64,000 bases of DNA. Origin: Candidatus Caldarchaeum sp. (GTDB taxonomy: Archaea > Thermoproteota > Nitrososphaeria_A > Caldarchaeales > Caldarchaeaceae). Numbering within the stretch: the first letter of the stretch is position 1; each line of letters begins with the position of its first letter. The DNA lies in assembly GCA_038896555.1 (NCBI GenBank), contig JAWACZ010000003.1, positions 4,249-68,248 of the forward strand, given 5' to 3'. A model generated the notes under the pieces. That model was given only the letters and a program-made list of their open reading frames with translations. It had not been told where the DNA came from and searched no databases. Positions 25,865-35,924 of the stretch are shown here, piece after piece. The position numbers were made by a program, and so were the translations under genes.

Positions 25865-27253
25865 TTGGCACGGGCAAGCGGATGCAGTTTGACGGAGCCG
25901 GCGGATTTGCTGCTGGAGAGGTTTGGACCGGAGCCGGGTTGGCTCAGCAGGATGAGGCGAAAATGTTTTGAGCTGTTCCGCTCAATGCCTCCGGAAACCT
26001 CCGAGCTTTACATACGACATTACGAAGCACCCACCCTAGAAGAGCACCAAATCCTAGACATGCTTGGAGACGGAGAGGAAAGGGATGTTCCCGAAGAGTT
26101 CAGGCATGTGAAAGATTATGAAGAGCATCCGACTGTCGTGTACGTAGGAAACCAGCTCGCCCACATCCATCTCCCCGAAAAACTAGCCAAGGCTGGACTT
26201 GAGCTGGTGGAGTTAAAGCAGGCGTTGAATAAACATGAGCCATACATCCGTGAGCGGCTTCAAGACATGGTGAACTCGCCCTACGTCGACAAATACACAT
26301 GCCTAACCCACGCGCTGCTTAACGCAGGCATTTTCATAAGAACGCCGAAATCCGTCAGATTGGAAAAACCCGTACGAATCATGTACATTTTAACCAGACC
26401 TGCCGAGGCTGTTTTCAGCAAAACTCTGGTGGTATGCGAGGGAGAGTCGAACCTCTCTGTGGTCGAGGAGCTCCACGGCATGCCTGAATCTAGTGGATGC
26501 TTGCTCGGCCATCATGTACAGCTGCTACTAGGCGAATCCAGCATGCTGAGACACGGTGTGTTGCAGAACCTGTCCAACAACAACATTTACTTGGGCAACC
26601 GCTTGACCGAGGTTGGCAGGTATTCCTCCGCCTTGCTCGTGGGCTCCTTGATAGGCAGTGGGCTTTCCAAAGTCAGGGTTGACAGCGCTATGCAGGGAGA
26701 CGGCTCAAGCGTCAACGACCTGGAGCTGGTCTTCGGCGACGGGGAACAGAGGATGGATTTGACCGCGAACCTACATCACATAGGCTTCGGAACCCAGGGC
26801 AGGGAGGTGGCAAAAGGAGTTGTAAAGGAGAAAGCCAAAGTAATCTTCAAAGGTATGATAACCGTTGAGAAAACAGCTAAGAACACAAGCGCTTACTTGG
26901 CTAAGCATGCTATGATTATGAGCCCGGAGGCCCGTGCCTATGCCATACCATCGCTCGAGATAAAAACCGACGAGGTTAAGGCAACACATTCGGCAAGCGT
27001 CAGCCAGATAGACCCAGACCAAATCTACTATCTGATGACGCGGGGGATTCCGTACGAGGAGGCTAGGAAAATGCTTGCGCTAGGTTTTTTCGAGCCTGTC
27101 GTCTCGATGATAGATCTGGATGAGGTGAGGTGGGGTCTGAGAAGCCTTCTCGAAAGCAAGTGGGGCGGTAGTGTTACTGAGCTTTTTGAAGAGCCTGAGG
27201 TCACCGTTTCAAGCCTGTTCGGAACCCACTACAAATACAGGTATGGACGTTAA
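25865..27253 (+). CDS. Fe-S cluster assembly protein, SufB/SufD family
   Basis: C-terminal beta-helix region typical of SufB/D (KVIFKGMITVEKTAKNTSAYLAKHAMIMS...PSLEIKTDEVKATHSASVSQID...YYLMTRGIPYEEARKML). TTG start. No sufC in the window. Confidence 0.85.
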   Translation: MARASGCSLTEPADLLLERFGPEPGWLSRMRRKCFELFRSMPPETSELYIRHYEAPTLEEHQILDMLGDGEERDVPEEFRHVKDYEEHPTVVYVGNQLAHIHLPEKLAKAGLELVELKQALNKHEPYIRERLQDMVNSPYVDKYTCLTHALLNAGIFIRTPKSVRLEKPVRIMYILTRPAEAVFSKTLVVCEGESNLSVVEELHGMPESSGCLLGHHVQLLLGESSMLRHGVLQNLSNNNIYLGNRLTEVGRYSSALLVGSLIGSGLSKVRVDSAMQGDGSSVNDLELVFGDGEQRMDLTANLHHIGFGTQGREVAKGVVKEKAKVIFKGMITVEKTAKNTSAYLAKHAMIMSPEARAYAIPSLEIKTDEVKATHSASVSQIDPDQIYYLMTRGIPYEEARKMLALGFFEPVVSMIDLDEVRWGLRSLLESKWGGSVTELFEEPEVTVSSLFGTHYKYRYGR

Positions 27254-27812
27254 CCCGTTCTCCAAACTTAAGCGTTCTCTAAACCCTTTGAACGGCAGCG
27301 GAGACGAGACAAGCTTAGACCATAACTCGGCAGCCGTTGCCGTAATCTTGCGGGAGAATACGCCTTGGCCGGAGCTGCTGCTGGTAAAAAGGGGAAGCCT
27401 TTCGACAGACCCTTGGTCGGGGCAGATAGCTTTCCCAGGAGGCAGATACAAAGCTGTCGACAAAGATTTGACGAATACAATGTTCAGGGAGCTGTGGGAG
27501 GAGGCTGGGATTCCGAAAACCTCGGTCGAACTGCTGGGAACCCTGCCCTACATCAGCCCCGCCAACTATCCAAAGATGAAGGTCAAGCCATACGTAGGCC
27601 GTTTGATGGAAAAAGTCGAGGCCAGGCCAAGTCCTGAGATAGAGAGAACATACTGGGTTTCTCTGGACCAGCTTAAACCGCGGGTTGAGAAGGTTTACGC
27701 TCGTTCGGTTGGAAACGTCAAAAAATACTTCTGCTACGTCTTCGACGGCGAGGTTGTTTGGGGTATGACCTCAGTCCTACTCCGCAGAATCATGCACATC
27801 CTAGATCTATAG
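27243..27812 (+). CDS. NUDIX hydrolase (CoA pyrophosphatase-like)
   Basis: Nudix box GGRYKAVDKDLTNTMFRELWEEAGI. ATG 27243 is preferred over the listed 27171, which would overlap the suf gene by 83 nt. Confidence 0.85.
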   Translation: MDVNPFSKLKRSLNPLNGSGDETSLDHNSAAVAVILRENTPWPELLLVKRGSLSTDPWSGQIAFPGGRYKAVDKDLTNTMFRELWEEAGIPKTSVELLGTLPYISPANYPKMKVKPYVGRLMEKVEARPSPEIERTYWVSLDQLKPRVEKVYARSVGNVKKYFCYVFDGEVVWGMTSVLLRRIMHILDL

Positions 27813-29075
27813 CTTCTGTTTTATGAAATCCTTGGCCGATTCTATCAGAAGGTCGACGTCCTCTTCTGTGTGTGCGGCTGATATGAACAGGTGGGGGTTG
27901 TAAGGCGGAACGTAAAGAACTCCCTTAGACACCATGTACTTGGAGAATTCAACCGTGAGCTGTATGTTCTTAGTCCTGTTGGCCGTGTGTATGTCTCTGG
28001 GCTCCTCCCGCGTGAAATGTATGCACACCAAGGATCCAACCCCGGTTACATGGGCGTTCACAGGCTCAAGAGCCTGCCTAAGCCCCTCCCTACCCCTTTC
28101 GCCAAGTCTCTCAAGATGATGGTAGACCAAGCCCTTCTCAAGCTCTTTCAACAACACATAGCCCGCCCTCAACGTCAACGGGTTTCCGCTGTATGTTCCT
28201 CCGTGGAAAACACGTTCGTAAGGGTTACGCCTCGTCCTATGGTCGAGGACCTCCATTATCTCTGCTTTTCCGCAGAACGCTCCGGCGGGAAACGGACCGC
28301 CTCCCACCGCCTTGCCCAAAACAGTCATGTCTGGCATGACGCCGTAGAGTTGCTGGGCTCCGGCGGGAGCTAGGCGGAAACCAGTTATAACCTCGTCGAA
28401 GATGAGGACGGCGTTTTCTCTGTCGCATATTTCCCTCAACCCTTTAAGGTATTCACGGTCGGCGGGTATGAAGCCTCCGGCACCCAGAACCGGTTCGACG
28501 ATTATCGCCGCAAGCTCCTTGTTTTTGACGCGTTTCTCCACACCTTCAAGATCGTTAAAAGGTAGGAGTATCGTGTTTGCCGTCGACTCCTCGGGTATGC
28601 CTAAGCTGGAGGGTTTGTCAACGGGATATGTTACTCCTATCTGCAGACCGTCGTATCCGCCGTGCCATCCCCCCTCAATTTTCCCGACAAGCTTTCTGCC
28701 GGTGTAGCCGCGGGCGGTACGGACGGCGTACATGTTTGCCTCTGTCCCGCTGTTGGCAGGCCTGACCATCTCTGCCGAGGGAACCATGCTGCAGACCTGC
28801 TTCGCCCATCTAATCTCCCAGACGTGAGGGTATCCGAAATGTGCCCCATAACTCAGCTGTTCCTTCGCAGCCTCGATTACCGGCCTGTAGCCATGGCCCA
28901 TCAGCAAAGCTCCGTGCCCCATCCAAAAGTCAACATACCTCCTTCCAAGAACGTCCCAGACATAGGCGCCTTCAGCTTTTTCAACATAGACGGGAACCGG
29001 GTCAATATATCTGACGCTATATGTGACGCCTGCGGGCAGGTATCTCAAAGCCTCTTTGAAAACATCCAAATCCAT
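27807..29075 (-). CDS. Class-III aminotransferase, glutamate-1-semialdehyde 2,1-aminomutase-like
   Basis: GHGxxxV region (LMGHGYRPVIEAA), NSGTEAN, FDEVITGFR, and a PLP-Lys context VLGKAVGGG. Confidence 0.85.
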   Translation of the reverse strand: MDLDVFKEALRYLPAGVTYSVRYIDPVPVYVEKAEGAYVWDVLGRRYVDFWMGHGALLMGHGYRPVIEAAKEQLSYGAHFGYPHVWEIRWAKQVCSMVPSAEMVRPANSGTEANMYAVRTARGYTGRKLVGKIEGGWHGGYDGLQIGVTYPVDKPSSLGIPEESTANTILLPFNDLEGVEKRVKNKELAAIIVEPVLGAGGFIPADREYLKGLREICDRENAVLIFDEVITGFRLAPAGAQQLYGVMPDMTVLGKAVGGGPFPAGAFCGKAEIMEVLDHRTRRNPYERVFHGGTYSGNPLTLRAGYVLLKELEKGLVYHHLERLGERGREGLRQALEPVNAHVTGVGSLVCIHFTREEPRDIHTANRTKNIQLTVEFSKYMVSKGVLYVPPYNPHLFISAAHTEEDVDLLIESAKDFIKQKL

Positions 29076-29336
29076 GTCGTAGGTACCTGTACGCCGGAGT
29101 AAAAAAGATGTTCAAAGACCCTTTGAATGTTTTTGGAGTAAGATTTCGGGAATATTCGACCGTCGTCGAGGGGTAAAGCATTTAATCTTTCCTGAAAAAT
29201 GTGACAGCGGGCTGGGCTTGAAGGCTTGGGTTTTGGCCACCCTGCTGGTTGCAGTCGACTTGGTCTTCCTATCCTTCCTAGTCTACTTCGCATCCCTTTA
29301 ACCCCTATATACTTGAGAAACAACTTCTAGCCAGAC

Positions 29337-30671
29337 ATGACGACCGCCTCCCTGTTAGAACCACATCAAGCATACCAGAAAGTGCTTGAGCTAATGGAGA
29401 AACATCACGCCATGTTTAGAAAGTCCATCCCCTTGATAGCCAGCGAGAACGTCGTAAGCCCTGCGGTGCGTGAAGCTATGGCGAGCGACCTTCAGCACAG
29501 GTACGCTGAGGGATGGCCCGGGGAAAGGCTTTACGCCGGATGCAAATACATAGACGAAATCGAGCTTCTTGCCATCGAGCTCGGCAAAGCTGTTTACAGG
29601 GCTGAGTTTGTTGACGTCAGGCCCATATCCGGTGTTGTGGCAAACCTTGTCGCCTACTGCAGTTTCGCAAGGCCTGGAGATATTATGGTTGCCCTGACCA
29701 TCCCACATGGGGGGCATATTAGCCATGGGAAAGAGAAATGGGGTGGAACTGCGGGCGTTGTGCGTGGGCTTGAAGTAGAACGGTATGAGTTCAATGAAGA
29801 GCTTCACGAGATAGATGTAGATGCCACGGCCCGAAGGCTCCGGAGAATGGAGTCGGAGACGGGCAAGAAGCCGAAGCTTTTCATGCTGGGCGCTAGCGTG
29901 TTTCTTTTCCCTCATCCCGTCAAAGAGGTTAGGGCTTTGGCTGACCAGTACGGAGCCTACGTAGTTTACGACGCAGCCCACGTAGCAGGGCTGATAGCCG
30001 GCGGAAGGTTTCAAGACCCTCTGCGCGAGGGTGTTGACTGCATGACCATGAGCACCCACAAAACCTTGGCGGGGCCACAGCACGGCATGGTTGTTTCATG
30101 GGAAAAATATGCGGAGCGTCTCAAACAAGTGGCTTTCCCAGGCCTCCTTTCAAACCATCATCTTCACGCCGTCGCAGGGGTGGCTATCGCCCTGGCTGAG
30201 GCCCTGGCCTTCTACAGAGACTATGCCGCACAGATAATCAGGAACTCGAAGGTTCTGGCCGAGTCGCTCTATGAGCAAGGCGTTGACGTGCTGTATGAAA
30301 ACAAAGGGTTCACCGAATCCCATACAATATTGGCTGACGTCTCCAAGTACATGGACGGCAGGACGGCTGAGGAGAAGCTTGAAAAAGCCGGAATAATTCT
30401 TAACCGCAACCTGATACCGAAGGACTACAGGCTTAAGACAGATTACAGGAGGCCTAGCGGGATAAGGATGGGTACGCAGGAGGTGACACGCCTCGGCATG
30501 GGCGAGTCTGAGATGAAACAGATAGCCGAATACATGGCCGACGTCATAGTTGAGGGCAAAAACCCTGAGACGGTGGGGGAGGAAGTAGTCGAGTTTAGGA
30601 ACGAGTTCAGGAAGGTTCACTATTGTTTCGAGTCTATAACAGGCGCTTATGACTACATCAGGATTAGGTGA
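29337..30671 (+). CDS. glyA: Serine hydroxymethyltransferase
   Basis: LIASENVVSPAV, YAEGWPGERLYAGC and the PLP site MSTHKTLAGPQHG. A CTATATA box at 29305-29311 lies about 29 nt upstream of the ATG. Confidence 0.95.
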   Translation: MTTASLLEPHQAYQKVLELMEKHHAMFRKSIPLIASENVVSPAVREAMASDLQHRYAEGWPGERLYAGCKYIDEIELLAIELGKAVYRAEFVDVRPISGVVANLVAYCSFARPGDIMVALTIPHGGHISHGKEKWGGTAGVVRGLEVERYEFNEELHEIDVDATARRLRRMESETGKKPKLFMLGASVFLFPHPVKEVRALADQYGAYVVYDAAHVAGLIAGGRFQDPLREGVDCMTMSTHKTLAGPQHGMVVSWEKYAERLKQVAFPGLLSNHHLHAVAGVAIALAEALAFYRDYAAQIIRNSKVLAESLYEQGVDVLYENKGFTESHTILADVSKYMDGRTAEEKLEKAGIILNRNLIPKDYRLKTDYRRPSGIRMGTQEVTRLGMGESEMKQIAEYMADVIVEGKNPETVGEEVVEFRNEFRKVHYCFESITGAYDYIRIR

Positions 30672-30677
30672 AAAAAG

Positions 30678-31388
30678 TTGCAGGGGGATTACGTCGTCGT
30701 TATCGAAAGCTTGAGGAAGGTTTACAGCAACAACGGTGTCGAGACCGTGGCGCTCAACGGAGTTAACCTAAGGGTCCGAAGGGGGGAGATGCTGGCGATA
30801 GTCGGTCCCAGCGGAAGCGGTAAATCAACCCTTCTTAACATGCTGGGAGCGTTGGATAAACCGACTGAAGGCAGGGTTCTTATAGACGGTGTCGACATAA
30901 GCAGGATAGACGACGACAAAAGAGCAGACTTCCGCAACAAGAAAATAGGTTTTGTCTTCCAGTCTTACAACCTGATAAACAGGCTTAAAGTCATAAACAA
31001 TGTAGAGCTGCCGTTAATTTTGCTGGAGATGCCTGAAGAGAAGAGAAAGGCTCTGGCTTTGAAGATGCTCAGGGAAGTGGGCCTCGAGTCTAAGGCTTAC
31101 AACAAGCCAACTCAGCTCAGCGGCGGCGAGCAACAACGCGTGGCCATAGCTAGAGCGCTTGTAACCGAGCCTAGCATAATACTGGCCGACGAGCCGACGG
31201 GCAACCTCGACTCTAAGTCGGGAGCGGTTGTAGTTAACTTGCTTAGAGAACTGGCACGCAAAGGAAACACCGTCATAGTCGTAACACATAACATGGACGT
31301 AGCCAGAATGGCTGACAGAATAATCTACATCAAAGACGGTAAAATAGAAAAAGAGGAAATACCGACCTTCGCAGGAAGCAAGGCATGA
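30678..31388 (+). CDS. ABC transporter ATP-binding protein (MacB/LolD-type)
   Basis: GPSGSGKSTL, LSGGEQQRVAIARAL, ILADEPTGNLD, VVTHN. TTG start. Confidence 0.93.
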   Translation: MQGDYVVVIESLRKVYSNNGVETVALNGVNLRVRRGEMLAIVGPSGSGKSTLLNMLGALDKPTEGRVLIDGVDISRIDDDKRADFRNKKIGFVFQSYNLINRLKVINNVELPLILLEMPEEKRKALALKMLREVGLESKAYNKPTQLSGGEQQRVAIARALVTEPSIILADEPTGNLDSKSGAVVVNLLRELARKGNTVIVVTHNMDVARMADRIIYIKDGKIEKEEIPTFAGSKA

Positions 31389-33364
31389 AAAACATAGCGC
31401 TACTCTTCATCCTTCTGACTTTGGCGGCTTCGTTGGCGCCGCACGAAGTTGAAGGAGCGGTTGTCCAAGTGGTTGACGTGGTCTGGGGCTCTCCCAACAG
31501 TCCAGAGAGAGCCATCCCCGGCGACGAAAACATACAGCTAAGCCTCGTGGTGGCAAACATAGGAAACAAGCCTGTCTGCACGCTGGAGGCTGAGATACTT
31601 CCAAAACAGAACAGCCCCCTGCCGGTTACAAGCTGGGACGGTTCGAGAACTATTAGAGCATACCATCAAGCGCAGCTGCAGCCTGGGACCATGGCAACCC
31701 TTGTATTTCGTGTAAACATAGCCAACGATTATACGCCGGGCAGCTACGAGGCTTTCGCAAGGCTCACATACAGAGAATGCAGCTCAACCTCCGACTATCT
31801 GCCGATCTCGCAGCTGACCATTCCCATCCACCTCCAGATATGGCAGCCGCCTGCATTGAGGCTTGTGAAGTCCGCCTGGCTCGTTAACGGGGTTGAGAAA
31901 CCCGTAGGCCCCGGCACAGGCCTCGCCGTCTTAAAGCTGTTCATCGAGGCTCCATTGGAAACATCCGTCAGAAGCGTGGAAGCATGGTTAAACGTTCCAC
32001 CAAGCTTCCGACAGTCAACGGGTGGAAGCGGTCTTTCAGACACGTTCCTCGAAACAGTACCAGCTGGCGGGTTTTTCACGCTCGAGTTCCCATTGGTTCT
32101 CTCCGACGAACTCAAGCTTGGAACCCATCAGCTCGAGCTCAACCTCCGTTTCAAGAACAAGTATGGCACTTTAATCACCCAAAAGCTTCCCTTCACGGTG
32201 GAGCTGTCGGGCAGGGAGGTGGTTGATGTTAAATCCCGTCCACAGAGCTTCTACAGAGGAGACTACGCTGTTCTATCCCTCTTAGTCGAAAACACCGGAA
32301 CGGCGCCCGCCTACAACATGGAGATGGAGGTTAGGTCCGACAACCCCAAGGTACAGGTTTTAATGTCAACAGCCAGTTTGGGAAACCTTAACCCAGGCCA
32401 GGCTTTGGAGTTGAGGGTGCCGATGTATGTTGACAGGTCGGCTGAAGCATCTGTTTACACAGTCACATCAACGCTGGTTTACAGGGATGGGTTGGGAAAC
32501 CGAGGGTCTAAAAGCTTCAAGACTTCTTTCACAGTCTCCGAAGAGTTTCGAACAGGGGTCAAGGCGTCTCCAAGCCAACACTTCATCCAAGCAGCAGCAA
32601 TCACGCCGCTCAAAATCGACATCGTCAACACAAACCCCTACAACATAAACGAAGTTAAAATCACTATGGTTTCGCCTAACACCTTGCTTACAATCGTAGA
32701 GGGTTCGACAACGGTCAGCCTATCCCAGATGGCTCCGAACGCGGCCTACTCAATTCCTTTGAAGGTTTTGGCGACCCCTCAGGCGGGAGACTCTGTCAGC
32801 CTGCTGCAGGTTAGAGTAGAATACAAGGATGGGGCGGGGGTGAGATGGGTTGACACGGTGGACGTTCCACTTGCGGTCAGGGCGGATGTTGACATAAAGT
32901 TTAAAGGCGTTCGTCTTTCACCGCTGAAGGTTAGGCCGGGCGAGACAGTGGATGTTGCAGGAGACATCGTCAACGAAGGCTCCAACATAGCGAGAGCAGT
33001 TTTAGCAGAGGTTGTCGGAACAGCGCCCTTTGAAAACGTCGGAGAATCTTTTGCTTTCGTCGGAGTTGTAAACCCCTCGCAGGTCTCAGCGTTCACCCTC
33101 AACTTCCGTGTGAGCCAAGACGCAAAACCCGGCACATATCAGGTAACTGTCAAAGCGGTTTACAGGAACGGGTTTGGCGAGACCTTCACGAAGGAGACGA
33201 CGCTCAGCTATGAGGTGGTGGCCGCCAACGCTCCAACCATAACGTTGCGTGAACAACAGCAACCAGCCACCGCCACACATTCTTTTGTCGCCATCTCGAT
33301 AGCCGCAGCAGCCATAATCGCATCTGCCTACATGATTGTTAGAAGGAAAAGGCGAGATGGTTGA
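31385..33364 (+). CDS. Large surface protein with repeated Ig-like (CARDB/COG1361-type) domains and C-terminal TM anchor
   Basis: Signal peptide (LLFILLTLAASLAP), about five beta-rich repeats (recurrent ..V.N.G...A..V....), and a C-terminal TM with a basic tail (MIVRRKRRDG). Overlaps both ABC genes by 4 nt. Confidence 0.7.
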   Translation: MKNIALLFILLTLAASLAPHEVEGAVVQVVDVVWGSPNSPERAIPGDENIQLSLVVANIGNKPVCTLEAEILPKQNSPLPVTSWDGSRTIRAYHQAQLQPGTMATLVFRVNIANDYTPGSYEAFARLTYRECSSTSDYLPISQLTIPIHLQIWQPPALRLVKSAWLVNGVEKPVGPGTGLAVLKLFIEAPLETSVRSVEAWLNVPPSFRQSTGGSGLSDTFLETVPAGGFFTLEFPLVLSDELKLGTHQLELNLRFKNKYGTLITQKLPFTVELSGREVVDVKSRPQSFYRGDYAVLSLLVENTGTAPAYNMEMEVRSDNPKVQVLMSTASLGNLNPGQALELRVPMYVDRSAEASVYTVTSTLVYRDGLGNRGSKSFKTSFTVSEEFRTGVKASPSQHFIQAAAITPLKIDIVNTNPYNINEVKITMVSPNTLLTIVEGSTTVSLSQMAPNAAYSIPLKVLATPQAGDSVSLLQVRVEYKDGAGVRWVDTVDVPLAVRADVDIKFKGVRLSPLKVRPGETVDVAGDIVNEGSNIARAVLAEVVGTAPFENVGESFAFVGVVNPSQVSAFTLNFRVSQDAKPGTYQVTVKAVYRNGFGETFTKETTLSYEVVAANAPTITLREQQQPATATHSFVAISIAAAAIIASAYMIVRRKRRDG

Positions 33365-34602
33365 AGCTCTCCGACTACCTAGGCTATGCCTGGAGTGCCT
33401 TAAGAGACAGAAGGTTGAGAACAACTCTCACTGTCCTAGGCATAGTAGTCGGCCCGGCTTTGATAACTGCTCTAAACGCTACAACGGCTGGGCTGACTGA
33501 ATCCATCGTTTCAAACCTACAGGTCTTCGGAGCGGACATGATTCTAGTCCAGCGTGTAGGCGACTTCAACTTTGACGACTCCGTGATAAAATCCATAGAA
33601 CAGCTTCAGGGGGTGAAGGAGGTTTATCCCTACTATCTGATAGCCTCCGGCGAGATAAAAACAAGGGGCAAATCATTTCCAATGGACCCCACCAGGTCAT
33701 ACACGGTCCTGGCGGTAGAGCTGAAAAAGCTTCCCAACCTCTTCCCCAACATAAAAATCGACCAAGGCCAGATCATAGACAACCCAGGATACGCTGTGGC
33801 TGGGTACAGCGCATGGAACCCCAAGGACCCGAACATACCTCCGTTGGACGTAGGCTCCTTGTTCACGGTCTCAACATCCTCGGCTGGAGGCTCGACGAGG
33901 TCCTTCGCGGTTTCTGCGAGGCTTTCTAGATACGGGCAGGCCCTCTTCCTCAACCCCGACACCCAGATATTTGTCTCGCTTGAGGCTGGGAAACTCATTA
34001 CCAACAGAAGAAGCTACAGCGGCGCGTTCATAAGGATAAACGACCCATCACTCAGCGACACGGTTGTCACAACCTTGGAAAAATGGTACGGCGAAAACCT
34101 CAGAGTCTTCTCCATCACAGCAATATCTGCAACAGTTCAGCAGATAATCGCAACCCTGAACGTGTTTTTCTCGTCAGTGGCATCCATGAGCCTGCTGGTA
34201 GCCTTCCTAGGCATAATGACAACGATGTTCACGTCGGTTACTGAAAGGGTGAGAGAGATAGGGTTGGTCAAAGCCCTCGGCTTCAAAACCCGCGACGTAA
34301 TGCTTACGTTTTTGATGGAGGCGTTCATAATAGGTCTAATAGGCGGAGTCGCCGGAACAGCGGCGGGTGCGGCTTCTTCATTTATCCTGTCAGACATTTT
34401 CTCGGGACCGCCTGCGGAAAGAAGGCCTGGAAGCTTTCCAATAGGCGGAAACACGGAGGGCATCAGAATCGTCCCCATTATCACTCCGGAGCTGATCTTC
34501 ACGGGCGTGGTTGTCGCCGTGCTGGTGGCTGTTTTAGCCGGCTTGATTCCCGCGTTCCGGGCTTCGAAGCTGGAGCCGATAGAGGCTTTGAGAAGAGAGT
34601 GA
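33361..34602 (+). CDS. ABC transporter permease, FtsX/MacB family
   Basis: N-terminal TM, about 230 aa extracytoplasmic domain, and a C-terminal FtsX module (VTERVREIGLVKALGF...) with three more TM segments. Confidence 0.85.
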   Translation: MKLSDYLGYAWSALRDRRLRTTLTVLGIVVGPALITALNATTAGLTESIVSNLQVFGADMILVQRVGDFNFDDSVIKSIEQLQGVKEVYPYYLIASGEIKTRGKSFPMDPTRSYTVLAVELKKLPNLFPNIKIDQGQIIDNPGYAVAGYSAWNPKDPNIPPLDVGSLFTVSTSSAGGSTRSFAVSARLSRYGQALFLNPDTQIFVSLEAGKLITNRRSYSGAFIRINDPSLSDTVVTTLEKWYGENLRVFSITAISATVQQIIATLNVFFSSVASMSLLVAFLGIMTTMFTSVTERVREIGLVKALGFKTRDVMLTFLMEAFIIGLIGGVAGTAAGAASSFILSDIFSGPPAERRPGSFPIGGNTEGIRIVPIITPELIFTGVVVAVLVAVLAGLIPAFRASKLEPIEALRRE

Positions 34603-34640
34603 CGGCAGATTTTTATTGCGAATTGTAGCGGTGCTATTGA

Positions 34641-35924
34641 ATGCTGAACATAAAGCACATCAGGTCCAACCCAGACCTCTTCCGACGCGGACTGGCTAGG
34701 AGGGGGATTTCCCCCAGCCTAGTCGACCGTATTCTCGAGCTGGATTCGGAGAGGAGGTCGCTTTTGAAGACCGTCGAAGAACTTCGGCATGCAAGAAACG
34801 TCATAGCGGAGGAGGTGGCGGCAGCCAAGAATCGGGGTGAGAAAGCAGCCGACCTGCTGGCGAAGATGAAAGATGTCAACGAACGGATAGAAGCCGTGGA
34901 GGAAAAGCTGGAAGATGTGGAGAAACAGCTGTGGACAATACTGTACAACACCATGAACATACCTCATGAATCGGTTCCGGACGGCAGCTCAGAAGATGAT
35001 AACGTAACGGTGAGAACCTGGGGCGAGGCTAGGAAAGAGGATTGGATGAAAGACCATGTCGACCTGCTGAAAAACCTAGGTATGGCCGACACAGAGGCCG
35101 CCGCATCAGTCGCCGGAGCAAGGTTCTACTACTTGTTTGACGACCTTGTCCTGCTTAACTGGGCTCTGGCAAAATACGGCCTCGACTTCCTCAAAAAGAA
35201 AGGCTTCAAGCTGCTTCAGCCACCCTACATGCTCACCAGAAAGATAATGGAGGGAGTTGTATCCTTCCAAGACTTCCAAGACATGCTGTACAAGATTGAG
35301 GACGAAGACCTGTATCTTATCGGAACCGCTGAACACGCTATAGCCGGACTGCATGCAGGCGAGATATTGGACGGAAGGTTTCTCCCCCTACGATACGCTG
35401 GTGTCAGCCCATGCTTCAGGAAGGAGGCTGGAGCCCACGGCAAAGACACGAAAGGAATCTTCCGGGTTCACCAGTTTGAGAAGGTTGAGCAGTTCAGCTT
35501 CACAAAGCCAAGCCAGTCCTGGCAAGAGCACGAGTATCTCATATCAAACGCCGAGGAGATCTACCGTTCCCTAGGTCTTCCTTACCGGGTTGTAAACATT
35601 TGCGTCGGAGAGCTCGGCTCAATAGCAGCTAAAAAATACGACCTAGAGGTTTGGCTTCCCGCCCAAGGCAGGTACAGAGAGCTTGTCTCATGCAGCAACT
35701 GCACAGACTATCAAGCAATCAGGCTCAACATAAGATACCGTGAAGAACCACATGTTGAGGAAACAGACTATGTCCACACTTTGAACAGCACCGCGATAGC
35801 TACCGAGAGAACAATCGTCGCAATCTTGGAGAACTATCAGAGACGCGATGGGTCTGTAGAGGTTCCGGAGGTTCTCCAACCATATCTCAACGGCTTGACA
35901 GTTATCAGGCCTGTTGCTCGATGA
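34641..35924 (+). CDS. serS: Seryl-tRNA synthetase
   Basis: N-terminal tRNA-binding coiled coil (MLNIKHIRSNPD...), class II motif 2 CFRKEAGAHGKDTKGIFRVHQFEKVEQF, and motif 3 region GSIAAKKYDLEVWLP...LNSTAIATERT. Confidence 0.95.
   Translation: MLNIKHIRSNPDLFRRGLARRGISPSLVDRILELDSERRSLLKTVEELRHARNVIAEEVAAAKNRGEKAADLLAKMKDVNERIEAVEEKLEDVEKQLWTILYNTMNIPHESVPDGSSEDDNVTVRTWGEARKEDWMKDHVDLLKNLGMADTEAAASVAGARFYYLFDDLVLLNWALAKYGLDFLKKKGFKLLQPPYMLTRKIMEGVVSFQDFQDMLYKIEDEDLYLIGTAEHAIAGLHAGEILDGRFLPLRYAGVSPCFRKEAGAHGKDTKGIFRVHQFEKVEQFSFTKPSQSWQEHEYLISNAEEIYRSLGLPYRVVNICVGELGSIAAKKYDLEVWLPAQGRYRELVSCSNCTDYQAIRLNIRYREEPHVEETDYVHTLNSTAIATERTIVAILENYQRRDGSVEVPEVLQPYLNGLTVIRPVAR

Noticed and set aside
29045-29323. 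92-aa basic ORF upstream of and overlapping the aminotransferase start
   Set aside because: It is Arg/Pro/Ser-rich, overlaps a supported CDS start, and has no motif. It is treated as non-coding intergenic sequence.
34137-34960. Two minus-strand ORFs (173 aa and 108 aa) overlapping the FtsX permease 3' end and the serS 5' end
   Set aside because: Both are antisense to well-supported genes and encode low-complexity Ser/Ala/Thr-rich products.
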